In this document: in pieces, positions 21,955 through 31,867 of the stretch
How positions within the stretch are numbered: position 1 is the stretch's first letter
How the letters are laid out: every line of letters begins with the position of its first letter
Source: Hyphomicrobiales bacterium
Lineage (GTDB): Bacteria > Pseudomonadota > Alphaproteobacteria > Rhizobiales > Aestuariivirgaceae
Assembly (NCBI GenBank): GCA_016710435.1
Contig: JADJVV010000001.1
Coordinates: 739,912 to 803,911, forward strand
DNA length: 64,000 bases
Reading direction: 5' to 3'
Program-made: the position numbers and the translations under genes
The notes under the pieces: generated by a model
The model's input: the letters and a program-made list of their open reading frames with translations, nothing else
The model's database searches: none
What the model was told of the DNA's origin: nothing

Positions 21955-22752
21955 GTGAAGTCGCGCGCGCCCTCGTCAAAGCCGTTGGTCGGCCTTCCGG
22001 CTGATACCTATGAGAAGGATGGCTTCCTGTTCCATTCACTCGGCGACAAATATGTCCGTGCACTGACGGATGTCGCCAATGTCGATGCGGTGATGATCCC
22101 TTCGCAGCTCGATCACGGCAATCTCGACGGCATGCTCGCCCATTTCGACGGTATTCTCATGACGGGTGCGGTCTCCAACGTGCATCCCCCGCATTATGGC
22201 GAAGATCCCACGGCGGACCACGAACCCTACGACCACCGCCGCGATGCCACCACCCTGCAACTCATCAAGGCCGTGATCGCGCGCGGTATTCCCCTGTTCT
22301 GCATTTGCCGCGGCTTCCAGGAACTGAACGTCGCCATGGGCGGGTCGCTGGAGACGGAATTGCAGCGCGTCGAGGGCCGTCTCGACCACCGCGCGCCCAA
22401 GTCCGACGATGTGGACGTGCGCTATGCGCCGCGCCATTCCATTGCCATCACACCCAACGGCTTCCTGCACCGCGTGCTCGGCAAGGACGAAACCATGGTG
22501 AACACCATCCACCGCCAGGGCATCAAGCGCCTGGGCGAGGGACTGGCCGTGGAAGCAACCGCGCCGGATGGCGTGATCGAGGCCGTGTCGGTGAAGACCG
22601 CCAAAGCCTTCGCCTTCGGCACCCAATGGCACCCGGAGTTCAAGGCCGCGAACAATCCCGACTCGGTGAAGCTCTTCACCACCTTCGGCGATGCCGTGCG
22701 CGCCCACGCCCGTTCGCGTGGCGAGACGCATTTCGTGGGGCGCGTGGCGTAA
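21955..22752 (+). CDS. Gamma-glutamyl-gamma-aminobutyrate hydrolase family (peptidase C26, PuuD-like)
   Basis: ICRGFQELNVAMGG (catalytic Cys), VNTIHRQG, QWHPE; GTG 21955 after GGAG. Confidence 0.88.
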   Translation: MKSRAPSSKPLVGLPADTYEKDGFLFHSLGDKYVRALTDVANVDAVMIPSQLDHGNLDGMLAHFDGILMTGAVSNVHPPHYGEDPTADHEPYDHRRDATTLQLIKAVIARGIPLFCICRGFQELNVAMGGSLETELQRVEGRLDHRAPKSDDVDVRYAPRHSIAITPNGFLHRVLGKDETMVNTIHRQGIKRLGEGLAVEATAPDGVIEAVSVKTAKAFAFGTQWHPEFKAANNPDSVKLFTTFGDAVRAHARSRGETHFVGRVA

Positions 22753-22756
22753 GCCA

Positions 22757-25700
22757 TTAGTGAAAATCCCGGCTCCTCGGCAGCACGCGGATGTTGCGGG
22801 GATGGCGGGTTGAGCTTTGCTGGTGTTGCGCGGGGTCTGGCCCCGGCTTCTTCACTTCATCGGCACGCGCCGTGGTGCTGCGCAACGTCAGGCCATCCTC
22901 GGTGAGGGACGAGAGCCAGTGCGTCTTGTCCTCGATGCGGTTGGCGACGACGTGGATGATGTCGCCAGCCCGCTGCACCCGTCCCCGGATCAGCATCAGC
23001 CGCGCCCCCATCACGGTGGACCTGTGCGCCTCCAGCACATCCGGCCAGATCACCGCGTTGCACACCGAAAACTCGTCCTCGAGAGTAAGGAAGACAACCC
23101 CCTTCGCCGAACCCGGCCGCTGACGCACCAGCACCACGCCCGCAACCGATACGGCACGGCCGTTGCGCAGGGATTTCAGCGCCCCGTTGTTCGTCACCTT
23201 TTCCGCCGCGCAGCGCGCCCGCAGGAAGTGCATGGGATGCGCTTTCAGCGACAGCTTCACCGTCTGGTAATCGTTCACCACATGCTCGGAGAGTGGCATC
23301 TCGGGCAGCGGCACGGGCTGCTCCGCCCCCTGGTCCCGTTCCTCAGCGAAAGCAAAGAGCGGCAAGGGCGCCCGCGCCTTGGCCAGCGCCGTCACCTCCC
23401 ACAGGCCCTGCCGCCGGTCGAGACCGAGGGAGCGGAAGCAATCGGCGGCGGCCAGTTTCTCCAGCGCCGGAACAGGAAGGCCGAGGCGCAGAAGATCCGT
23501 CATTCCCGACAGGCGCCGCTGCCCCGCAGGGCAGAGAAGCGGAGTGGCATCCCGTTCCCGCAAACCATCCACCTCACGAAAGCCGAGTCGCACGGCAATC
23601 GCTCTGCCGCGTTTCTCCAGCACGGAATCCCACTGTGAGAAGCTCACATCGACAGGCAGCACCTCGACGCCATGTTCGCGGGCGTCGCGGACGATCTGGG
23701 CCGGCGCGTAGAAGCCCATGGGCTGCGAATTGAGCAGCGCGCAGGCGAACACCGCCGGATAGTGGCACTTGAGCCAGGCCGAGACGTAAACGAGATGCGC
23801 GAAACTTGCGGCATGGCTTTCCGGGAATCCATATTCGCCAAAGCCCTTGATCTGGTTGAAGCAGCGCGCGGCAAAGTCCGGGTCGTAGCCGCGTTCCACC
23901 ATGCGGCTCACCATTTTCTGTTCCAGCCGCCCGATGGTGCCGCGCCGCCGGAATGTGGCCAAAGCCTTGCGCAACTCGTTGGACTCCGCCGGCGTGAATT
24001 CCGCCGCCACCATGGCAAGTTTCATCGCCTGTTCCTGGAACAGCGGCACACCCTTGGTGCGGCCCAGCACCTGGCGCAATTCATCCGGCGGCCCGAAATC
24101 CGGGTGGGGCGCGGGATAGTCCTCGGGCTCAAGACCATCGCGCCGCCGCAGATAGGGATGCACCATGTCGCCCTGGATGGGACCGGGCCGCACGATCGCC
24201 ACCTCGATCACCAGATCATAGAAGCGCCGCGGCTTGAGGCGTGGCAGCATGTTCATCTGCGCCCGTGACTCCACCTGGAACACGCCGATGGAATCCGCCT
24301 TGCACAGCATGTCATAGACGGCCGCATCTTCGCGCGGCACGGTGGCCAGAACATATCTGTGCCCATACCACGCCTCGATGAGCTCGAAGCTCTTGCGGAT
24401 GCAGGTGAGCATGCCCAGCGCCAGCACATCGACCTTCAGCATGCCGAGCGTATCGATGTCGTCCTTGTCCCACTCGATGACGGTGCGGTCATCCATCGCC
24501 GCATTGCCGATGGGCACCGTCTCGTCCAGCCGCTCGCGCGTGAGAATGAAGCCGCCCACATGCTGCGAGAGATGACGCGGGAAACCGGCAATCTCGGCGG
24601 CAAGTTCCAGCACGCGGGCGAGATGCGGATCATCCGGATCAAGGCCGATCTCCTTCAGCCGCTTCTCCTGCAACTCTTCCGGCATCATGCCCCAGATGCT
24701 TCCGGCCAATACGCCCGTCACGTCTTCGGAGAGCCCCATGACCTTGCCCACCTCGCGCATGGCCGAGCGCCCGCGATAGGTGATGACGGTGGCGGCAAGC
24801 CCGGCACGCTCGCGCCCGTAGCGCCGGTAGAGATACTGGATCACCTCCTCGCGCCGCTCATGCTCGAAGTCGACGTCGATGTCGGGCGGCTCCTTGCGCT
24901 CTTCCGAGATGAAACGCTCGAAGAGAAGATCGATCTGGTTGGGATCAACCGCGGTGATGCCGATCACGTAGCAGACCGTGGAGTTGGCAGCGGAGCCCCG
25001 CCCCTGGCAGAGGATGGGTGGATCGAGGCTGCGGGCGAAGCGCACGATGTCATGGACGGTAAGGAAATACGGCGCGTAGTCGAGCTTCTCGATCAACACC
25101 AGTTCCTTGGCGATGTTGCTTTTGATCTTGGCGGGGAATGCCCTCGGGGTAGCGCTCCCGGGCGCCCTCCCAGGCCAGATGCGAGAGATAGGCCTGCGGA
25201 TCGAGTCCCGCCGGCACCGGCTCTTCAGGATATTCGTAACGCAGTTCATCGAGCGAGAAGAGGCACGCCTCCGCAACCGCGACGGTGTTGGCAATGGCGT
25301 CGGGATAGGCGCGGAAGAGCCGCGCCATTTCATCCGGCGTCTTGAGGTGCCGCTCGGCATTGGCCTGCAGCTTGTAGCCCGCTTCCGCCAGCGTCACCTT
25401 CTCGCGGATGCAGGTGAGCACATCCTGCAGGGGCCGCCGGTCGGCATGATGGTAGAGCACGTCGTTGATGGCGAGCAGCGGCACGCCGGCGCTGCGCGCC
25501 CGCGCGGCACTCTCGGCCAGCCGCGCCGTGTCGCGCCCGTCGAAACGGCAGGAGAGCGCCAGGTGAAGCGGCGCGGCGATGATGGCCTTGACCTCCTCCA
25601 GCCGCACCGCGTGGTCCTGCGGCAAGGCAAAGAGCGTGCCCTCGGAAAAATCCCGCACATCTTCCAGCGTGAGCAGGCATTGCCCCTTCTCCGCCCGCCG

Positions 25701-25991
25701 CTGCCCCAGCGAGAGAAGCCGGCACAGGCGCCCATAGGCCTTGCGGTCCGTGGGCCAGGCAAACAGGTCCAGGCCGTCGCGCATCACCAGCCGCACACCC
25801 ACCAGGAAACGCAGGCCCGCATCCTTCGCCGCACCATGGGCGCGCACGATTCCCGCAAAGCTGTTGCGGTCGGTGACGGCGAGGGCCGAAAGCCCCAGGT
25901 GCTTCGCCTGCAGCACAAGTTCCTCCGCATGCGATCCGCCCTGCAGGAAGGAGAAGTTGGAAGCGCAGGCGAGTTCGGCATAGCGGTTCAT
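22757..25991 (-). pseudogene. dnaE2: Error-prone DNA polymerase DnaE2 with one +1 frameshift at ~25133-25136
   Basis: N-part MNRYAELACASNFSFLQGGSHAEELV (PHP) reads to ...YPEGIP. The C-part continues [11 protein letters not shown]...[10 protein letters not shown]...PPDIDVDFE...LKVDVLALG...SRDFH in another frame. Removing one G from GGGG gives 1077 aa with no internal stop. Real lesion or sequence error cannot be distinguished. Confidence 0.9.
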
Positions 25992-26013
25992 GATGCAGCC
26001 CTCTCGTGGTTCC

Positions 26014-27523
26014 TCATGCCGATAGTCCGTGTACGAACCATTTGGGCGGCGGGCCTGAGTCTTCACCATAGAGACCTTCGCGGAAGATCCAGTAGCGCCG
26101 GCCCTGCTCGTCCTCGATCATGTAGTAGTCGCGCGGCCGCGTGCCCGTGTCGCCGCGCCACCATTCCGGCGCGATCCGTTCCGGCCCGGCATGGCGCAGG
26201 ATGCGCCGCGTGACACGCCGCCAGGTGAGTGACATGGGCGGGCCATCCGGGCACCGCGGCGATGACGCGGGCGGGCTGCGGCGGCACGAAGATCATCAGC
26301 GGCCGCTCCGGCAATCCGCCGCCTCCCGCCGGTGGCAGGGGCATTCCCAAGGCCTGCGCCTCTTCCGACCGCTCCGGCAGATGGCTTTCGACAGCGGCAA
26401 GCTGCGTGATCGCCCGTTCCTGCCGGTTCATCACCCGGTCGTTGAGCTGGGCAAGGTTGCTGGCCGTGTTCTCCTCCATGAAGCCGTATTGCCGCGCCAC
26501 GGCAGAGCCCGCCTCGCGCACCTCAAGCGTCATGGCATCGATGCCGAAGCCCGCATCCAGCGTCTCCAGCCGGGGCGAGAGCAGGCGGAACAGATGTCCG
26601 CCGTCATGCGACGGCACCGTGAGGCCAATGGGCACCTGCACCCGCCCGCCATCACTGCGGAAGAGCTTGAGAATGAGCCGCAAGGCCCCTTCACCCTTGG
26701 CCTCCAGCGCCCGCGCCACCTCGGCGGAAAGGGTGCGCAGCACCGTTACCAGCCCTTCATGGGTGATGACCGGCTCCAGGAACCCGCGGTGCGCCATGAC
26801 CGAGGTTTCAGGATTGACCGCATTGAGCGGTTCGGCCCTCTGGCCCAGCAGTTCATCAAGGCGGAGCAGCACGTTTTCATGGATGCTTTCCCCACGGAAG
26901 CGCCGCGCCAGGCTCGCCCGCGGCAGGCTGGTGAGGGCCCCGATGGTCTTCAGCCCCAGCCGCCGCAGGGTGCGGGCGGCATCGGCATTGATGCGGAGCG
27001 CCTCCACCGGGAGGTCCTGCAGGCTGTCCTCGCCCTCGCGTCCATAACGGGCCAGCGCCCAGGCGGCTCCGATGGTGGCGGCACAGGAAATGCGGGCGGT
27101 AAAGCCATAGCCCGCCAGCCGCGCCTTCATGCCCGCCATCATGGCGGCCTCCCCGCCGAAGAGGTGGGGAATGCCCGTCACCTCCATGAGGATGCCATCC
27201 GGCACATCCGGGGCGACCCATGGGCTGTAGCGTTCCATCCAGCGGCACAGCCCAAGCAGACTGGCGATGTCCTGCTCCGGCTCATGGGCCTCGCTCAGGA
27301 GATCGGGCACGGCGGCGCGCGCATCCGCCAGCCGCTGCCCGCGCATGAGTCCGAATTCCCGCGCCGCCGCATTGACGGCCGCGAGCCGAAGCCCCTTGGC
27401 GCCCCGTTCAACCAGCGCGAAGGGCAGGCTTGGGGGCGGCACGGGGGCCCGCCTCTTCCGCCGCGCCCGAATGAAGCGCTCCACCGGAAAGGCCGGGAAC
27501 CAGAGTGAAACGAGACGGCGCAT
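26014..27523 (-). pseudogene. imuB: ImuB (Y-family polymerase-like) with one +1 frameshift at ~26249-26251
   Basis: MRRLVSLWFPAFPVERF...YSPWVAPDVPDGILMEVTG. The C-terminal GPERIAPEWW...RDYY...WIFREGLY...HGLSA is in another frame. Removing one G restores VPDGPPMSLTW and gives 502 aa. Confidence 0.88.
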
Positions 27524-28376
27524 GATCCTTCTGCCAGTTGAGTGTCCAGGAACCGGGGCGGCCGCCCCGGATGCGGGTAAGGGCCACCTGCCAGGCGGGA
27601 AGTCCGGGGGCGCGGAGATCGGATGCGGCCGGGGGCGAGCGTGATGCTGCAATGCACCATCGACTGGAGCTGGCCGTCGAATCCATACTGTATCGAGTCA
27701 ATACAATAAGGCCGGCAGAGCCTCCGGCCTGCCCCGCCAGAGCCAGCCGACGGGTCGCCGTCAGATCAGCAGTGTGCGCTGCAACATCACCCAGAACCAC
27801 GGATAAACAGCCGGATTTCAGAGCCTCCTCCAGGGTCCACAACAGGGCCACGGGACGCTTCAGGCTGAGCGTGAGAAAGCGGGCCCGGGGAAGGCCAATG
27901 GCCGCCACGCCATGACCAAAAACATGACCATACTCCCGCTGTTCAGTTTCGAGACGACACCATAAAACGGGGCGTTTCTCCCGCGGGTCTGTCAGGCGCC
28001 GAACCGCCAGCGCCAGGGCAAAGCCACAGGCCGCCGGGAAGTCGCCATAGGCGGCAGGCGAGATGTCATGAAGGCCTGTCCCGGCCAATCCCTCGCCCGG
28101 CAGGAACCTGTCGAGGTCCGGAAGGCCCAAGGTCCAGGGTACGCTGTCCCGGCGCGATGCCCGTCGCCCGGGAGACGGCTGGACCCCTGCGTCTCCCTGC
28201 CGGGCCAGATGCTCCCGCAGGCGGGCGATCAGGGCTTGCGCCTCCTCCCGCTCCGGCAGAACCCGGGCCACGGCAGGCATGGCGGCAGGCTCCCCTGCAG
28301 GAGAGCCGGTGAGTGAGGCAGACGCCGGGCGCGAAAACGCCCCCGCCGCCCGAAGGGGCATCGGGTTGATACGCAT
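27408..28376 (-). CDS. imuA: ImuA (RecA/SulA-like mutagenesis accessory protein)
   Basis: LHDISP, LWTLEEALKSG, LTATRRLALA, TASSSRWCI, PGLPAWQVALTRIRGGRPGSW; first gene of the cassette; start uncertain (28376 or 28280). Confidence 0.85.
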   Translation of the reverse strand: MRINPMPLRAAGAFSRPASASLTGSPAGEPAAMPAVARVLPEREEAQALIARLREHLARQGDAGVQPSPGRRASRRDSVPWTLGLPDLDRFLPGEGLAGTGLHDISPAAYGDFPAACGFALALAVRRLTDPREKRPVLWCRLETEQREYGHVFGHGVAAIGLPRARFLTLSLKRPVALLWTLEEALKSGCLSVVLGDVAAHTADLTATRRLALAGQAGGSAGLIVLTRYSMDSTASSSRWCIAASRSPPAASDLRAPGLPAWQVALTRIRGGRPGSWTLNWQKDHAPSRFTLVPGLSGGALHSGAAEEAGPRAAPKPALRAG

Positions 28377-28393
28377 GACAGGATGTCCAGAAT

Positions 28394-28408
28394 GTTCTGT
28401 ATTTGTTC
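28394..28408 (-). promoter_or_regulatory. Alphaproteobacterial LexA (SOS) box GTTC-N7-GTTC
   Basis: GTTCTGTATTTGTTC (GAACAAATACAGAAC on minus), 18-32 bp upstream of the imuA ATG. Confidence 0.9.
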
Positions 28409-28477
28409 TGTCACGCACAACCGCAAGAGTCAAGCCCGCAAATGTGCCTTAATTCTTAATAAGGGAATGAACCCTCA

Positions 28478-28936
28478 TCAATTCAGCATGAACAACGCCG
28501 CATTGAGCGCGGTGGCGAAGCTGACCCAGGCGAGATAGGGCACCATCAGGAAGGCGGCGAGGCGGCTTCTGAAGGAATAGGCGAAGATCATCGCCGCGAT
28601 CGCAATCCACAAGGGGATGATGTCGAGCAGCCCCAGCCCCGGCGAACGGGCTCCGAAAAACAGGAACGACCAGGCGAGGTTCAAGAGCAGCTGCGCCGCG
28701 AAGATGAGCATGGCGCCCCGCGCATTGCCCTTGCGCCAGACCAGCCACGCCGCAATGCCCATGAGAACGTAGAGCGTCGTCCACACCGGCATGAACAGCC
28801 ACGGTGGCGGCGTCCACGAGGGCTTGGCCAGGGTCGGATACCAGTCCGCCACCGATTGGGCCGTGGCCCATCCGCCCAGCGCGCCCACCGCGAGGCACAG
28901 CACGATGAACCCCAGAAGTGCCAGAAAATCCCGCAT
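28478..28936 (-). CDS. tspO: TspO/MBR family tryptophan-rich sensory protein
   Basis: WYPTLAKPSWTPP, VWTTLY, LNLAWSFLFF, MVPYLAWVSFATALN. Confidence 0.93.
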   Translation of the reverse strand: MRDFLALLGFIVLCLAVGALGGWATAQSVADWYPTLAKPSWTPPPWLFMPVWTTLYVLMGIAAWLVWRKGNARGAMLIFAAQLLLNLAWSFLFFGARSPGLGLLDIIPLWIAIAAMIFAYSFRSRLAAFLMVPYLAWVSFATALNAALFMLN

Positions 28937-28945
28937 GATCAACCT

Positions 28946-30073
28946 TTACATCATCCCGTTGACGCTGCCGAGCGAGGCCCAGAACATGAGCCCGCCAAGT
29001 GCCGCGATGCCTGCTCCGGCGAGCAGGCGTACAACCAATACGACACGCTCCAGCATTTGGTTCCCCAATCCGGCAAACCGCAATGCCGCACCCTTGGCAA
29101 ACACCGCCAGCGCAGCGATGGCCGAGATGGTGATGAACACCCCGAGCCCCATGGCCAGCGTGGACAGGATTCCCGCCCAGTAGAGCCCCATGCCCCAGGA
29201 AAACAGCAGCACCAGCAGCGCCCCCGAACAGGGCCTGAGGCCCACCGCCAGCGCCAATGACAAGGCCCGCCGCCACGACCAGTCTCCCCGGACATCAGCC
29301 GCCGCCGGCACATGGGCATGGCCGCAGCCGCACTCCGGCCCGTGCACATGACCAGCAGGAAGTGATGCGGACATGGGCTCCGCCAATTCGAAGCGGAAGC
29401 CATCGTCTGCGCCCATCGCCACGCCTGCCGGCACGGGTGCCGGTGCGGGTGCCGGTGCGGGTGCCGGTGCGGAAACCGCCACCGCCGGCCGCCGCAGGCC
29501 GGTCCAGATCAGATAAAGCCCGAGTCCCGCGATCATGAGATAACTGGCGCTTTCCAGGAAGCCCGCCACGTCTCGCGCCATGCCGGCAGCACTTCCCACC
29601 AGCGCCAGCAACGCGGTCACGATGATGATCGCCGTCAGGGCCTGGAACAGGGCGCTCAGGGCGGCGATGGCGATGCCGCGCTTCAGGTCGTTCTGCGTGG
29701 CAACGAGCCAGCCCGAAATCACCACCTTGCCATGCCCCGGACCGGCAGCGTGGAAGACGCCATAGAGGAAGCTCACGAACACCAGCGTCCATCCCGCCTG
29801 CAGCGGCGAATCGGACGCAAGCCCGCGGATCGCACCGGAGAGCCTGTGATAGAAATTCTGCTGCTTGTCCCGCGCCCAGCGCACCGGGTCCTCGCTGAAC
29901 GGCGTCTCGATGATCGACCCGTCGGGATTGCGGGGAGGCACCAGCAGTTTGCGCTTGTCGATCACGATCTTCGGCGGCGGTGGCGATGATGCACCCTCCT
30001 GCGCCAGCACCGGCAGCGAGAACCCTCCCGCCAGCATCATCAGCACCAGAACCGCGCGGATCAGGAGCCGCAT
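28946..30073 (-). CDS. Nickel/cobalt transporter family (NiCoT/RcnA-like, ZevB-like) membrane protein
   Basis: FHAAGPGHGKVV, His/Cys-rich loop GHVHGPECGCGHAH, GLRPCSGA. Confidence 0.85.
   Translation of the reverse strand: MRLLIRAVLVLMMLAGGFSLPVLAQEGASSPPPPKIVIDKRKLLVPPRNPDGSIIETPFSEDPVRWARDKQQNFYHRLSGAIRGLASDSPLQAGWTLVFVSFLYGVFHAAGPGHGKVVISGWLVATQNDLKRGIAIAALSALFQALTAIIIVTALLALVGSAAGMARDVAGFLESASYLMIAGLGLYLIWTGLRRPAVAVSAPAPAPAPAPAPVPAGVAMGADDGFRFELAEPMSASLPAGHVHGPECGCGHAHVPAAADVRGDWSWRRALSLALAVGLRPCSGALLVLLFSWGMGLYWAGILSTLAMGLGVFITISAIAALAVFAKGAALRFAGLGNQMLERVVLVVRLLAGAGIAALGGLMFWASLGSVNGMM
29435..29470. repeat. In-frame 12-bp tandem repeat (GGGTGCCGGTGC x3) encoding a Pro-Ala linker
   Basis: Three exact copies at 29435, 29447, 29459; translates as APAPAPAPAPAP in the NiCoT protein. 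Confidence 0.85.
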
Positions 30074-30717
30074 GTCACCACCATCGGGCGCGCGAAGAGC
30101 GAGCCAAAATCCTCGCCCGTGTCATTCACCCAGTCCGTGCCCTTGTCGGCCAGGAAGTTGCGCTTCTTCTCCAGTTCCTCATCGCTGAGGAACGGCTTCA
30201 GTTCCCAGCTGCAGCCCTGCGGCAGCGTTCCCTCCACATCGACGGGATCATCCTTCACGTAATCGAAGGAGATGAAGAAGTCGGGGTCATAGACCTTGTA
30301 GTCGAACACGCCCTTGCGCGGATCGGCCGGTGTCACCAGCGGGAAGACAAAGGCCAGCGTCAGGCGGTTGTTCTCGTAGATCTGCGTGTAGTCCGTGACC
30401 TTGCCATGCGGCAGCGGCTTGTTGTTCTGCCGCATCACGGCGAAGTAGTCGGACTCCGCGAGGTTTGCGATATTCTCGTCGGTGAGCGGCTTGATTTCTT
30501 CCGGTCCATAGGTGCCGTCACCGTTCACATCGAGTCCATCGAGTGCGAAGCCGCTGTAGGCTTCATCGAAGGTCCACTCCATGCGCACACCGGTGATGAG
30601 GCCCTGTGCGTCCACCATCAGGCTCGTGCGCACATCGGCCCACACATGCGGATGCGCCGACGCCGAAGACAGGCCCACGCCGCAGAGAAAGACGAGAGAA
30701 AGGATGGGCCGCCGCAT
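30061..30717 (-). CDS. DUF1007 family periplasmic protein (ZevA-like)
   Basis: Signal peptide then AHPHVWAD, WTFDEAYS, YDPDFFISF; overlaps the NiCoT start by 13 bp. Confidence 0.88.
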   Translation of the reverse strand: MRRPILSLVFLCGVGLSSASAHPHVWADVRTSLMVDAQGLITGVRMEWTFDEAYSGFALDGLDVNGDGTYGPEEIKPLTDENIANLAESDYFAVMRQNNKPLPHGKVTDYTQIYENNRLTLAFVFPLVTPADPRKGVFDYKVYDPDFFISFDYVKDDPVDVEGTLPQGCSWELKPFLSDEELEKKRNFLADKGTDWVNDTGEDFGSLFARPMVVTCGS

Positions 30718-30780
30718 GTCGCTCCAAAATCCGATTCGACGCCTGCAATGATCGGAGAATGGGGCGAGAAAGTGAAGGCC

Positions 30781-31719
30781 TCACCCGGCGAGGCAGTCTT
30801 TCAGGCTCTGCGCCAAAGTGCTCAGCAATGTGCCGTAGGCCTGCTTGCCCGGCACCAGCGTGCTGCCGATGCCGTCGACAACACCACTGCGGGCGGGCGT
30901 GTCCTCCGTCACGGCATCTGCGGCGCGCGCCGAGAACTGCGGCTCACGGAACACACACACGGCACCCGATTCCTTGACGATGTCGCGCACCTCCTTCAGC
31001 CGCTGCGCCGACGGTTCGCTCGCGGCAAAATCCGTGATGCTTCCAGCCGCCGTGAGGCCAAAGCGCCTTTCGAAATACTGGTAGGCGTCGTGCTGCACGA
31101 GGAACGGTTTGCCGCGCACATCCGCAAGGTCGCGGCGCAACGCGGCTTCCAGTGCATCAATCTCCGCCGACAAGGCCCTGGCATTCGCAGCGTATTGCGA
31201 GGCATGATCCGGATCGGCTTTCGCCAGCGTCCCGGCAATCGCCGCCCCCATCAGCTTGGCATTCTCGGGATCAAGCCAGAGATGCGGGTCGTAGGCCGCC
31301 GTGCCGTCGGCATGGCCGTCCTCCGCTTCGCCCGCGTCATGCACATGTGCCGGAAAGGTGGCCCCCACACGGATCGGCAGCTTCGTCAGGCCCGGCGTGT
31401 CCGAAAGGGCGACGAATGTCCGGCGGTTCACCGCTTCGCTGCCGCTCAATTCATCAAGCTTCAGTTCAAGGCCGTGACCGATCATGAACACCACATCAGC
31501 GGACCCCAGCGCCTCGATCTGCCGCGGCGCGTAGGAGGCCTGGTGTTCACTGCTCAGCCCCTGCAACAGAAGTTCCGGCTCCCCCACGCCGTCCATGATC
31601 GATGCCACGAGGGAATGTACCGGCACGATGGACGCAATGACGCGGGGGCCGGCGAGTGCGCCGGGCGTAGAAATCGCGGTCCCGAGTGCGAGCGCTGCAA
31701 GGCAGGTATTCAGGCGCAT
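30781..31719 (-). CDS. znuA: Zinc ABC transporter substrate-binding protein (ZnuA-like)
   Basis: ASIVPVHSLVASIM, SEHQASY, His/acidic loop HVHDAGEAEDGH, DPHLWLDP, QHDAYQYFE. Confidence 0.88.
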   Translation of the reverse strand: MRLNTCLAALALGTAISTPGALAGPRVIASIVPVHSLVASIMDGVGEPELLLQGLSSEHQASYAPRQIEALGSADVVFMIGHGLELKLDELSGSEAVNRRTFVALSDTPGLTKLPIRVGATFPAHVHDAGEAEDGHADGTAAYDPHLWLDPENAKLMGAAIAGTLAKADPDHASQYAANARALSAEIDALEAALRRDLADVRGKPFLVQHDAYQYFERRFGLTAAGSITDFAASEPSAQRLKEVRDIVKESGAVCVFREPQFSARAADAVTEDTPARSGVVDGIGSTLVPGKQAYGTLLSTLAQSLKDCLAG

Positions 31720-31735
31720 TCACCCTCCCATGGTT

Positions 31736-31760
31736 GGATATGTTATAACATAACATATCC
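31736..31760. promoter_or_regulatory. Zur box (perfect 11-3-11 palindrome)
   Basis: GGATATGTTAT-AAC-ATAACATATCC, 17-41 bp upstream of the znuA ATG; matches the proteobacterial Zur consensus core ATGTTATA-N-TATAACAT with one deviation. Confidence 0.88.
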
Positions 31761-31867
31761 AGGCGATCGATCAAGTCCGGTTTTCCTCCCCCTGCGCACG
31801 CGATCGTGACGCCCCCGCGACGCTGCCTGCCTTGCGCCACGGCCAATCCCCTGCCAGAGAGCCGGGC

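Noticed and set aside
25050-25360. Split dnaE2 as a split intein or a two-gene polymerase
   Set aside because: No intein-like sequence or splice-junction motifs; one base removal yields a continuous normal-length protein
27408-27523. 116-bp imuA/imuB overlap as a sign of a third frameshift
   Set aside because: Both proteins look complete at these ends, and an overlap at this junction is plausible for the cassette
28449-28459. TTAA-ttc-TTAA as a CtrA site
   Set aside because: CtrA full sites have a 7-bp spacer; this has 3
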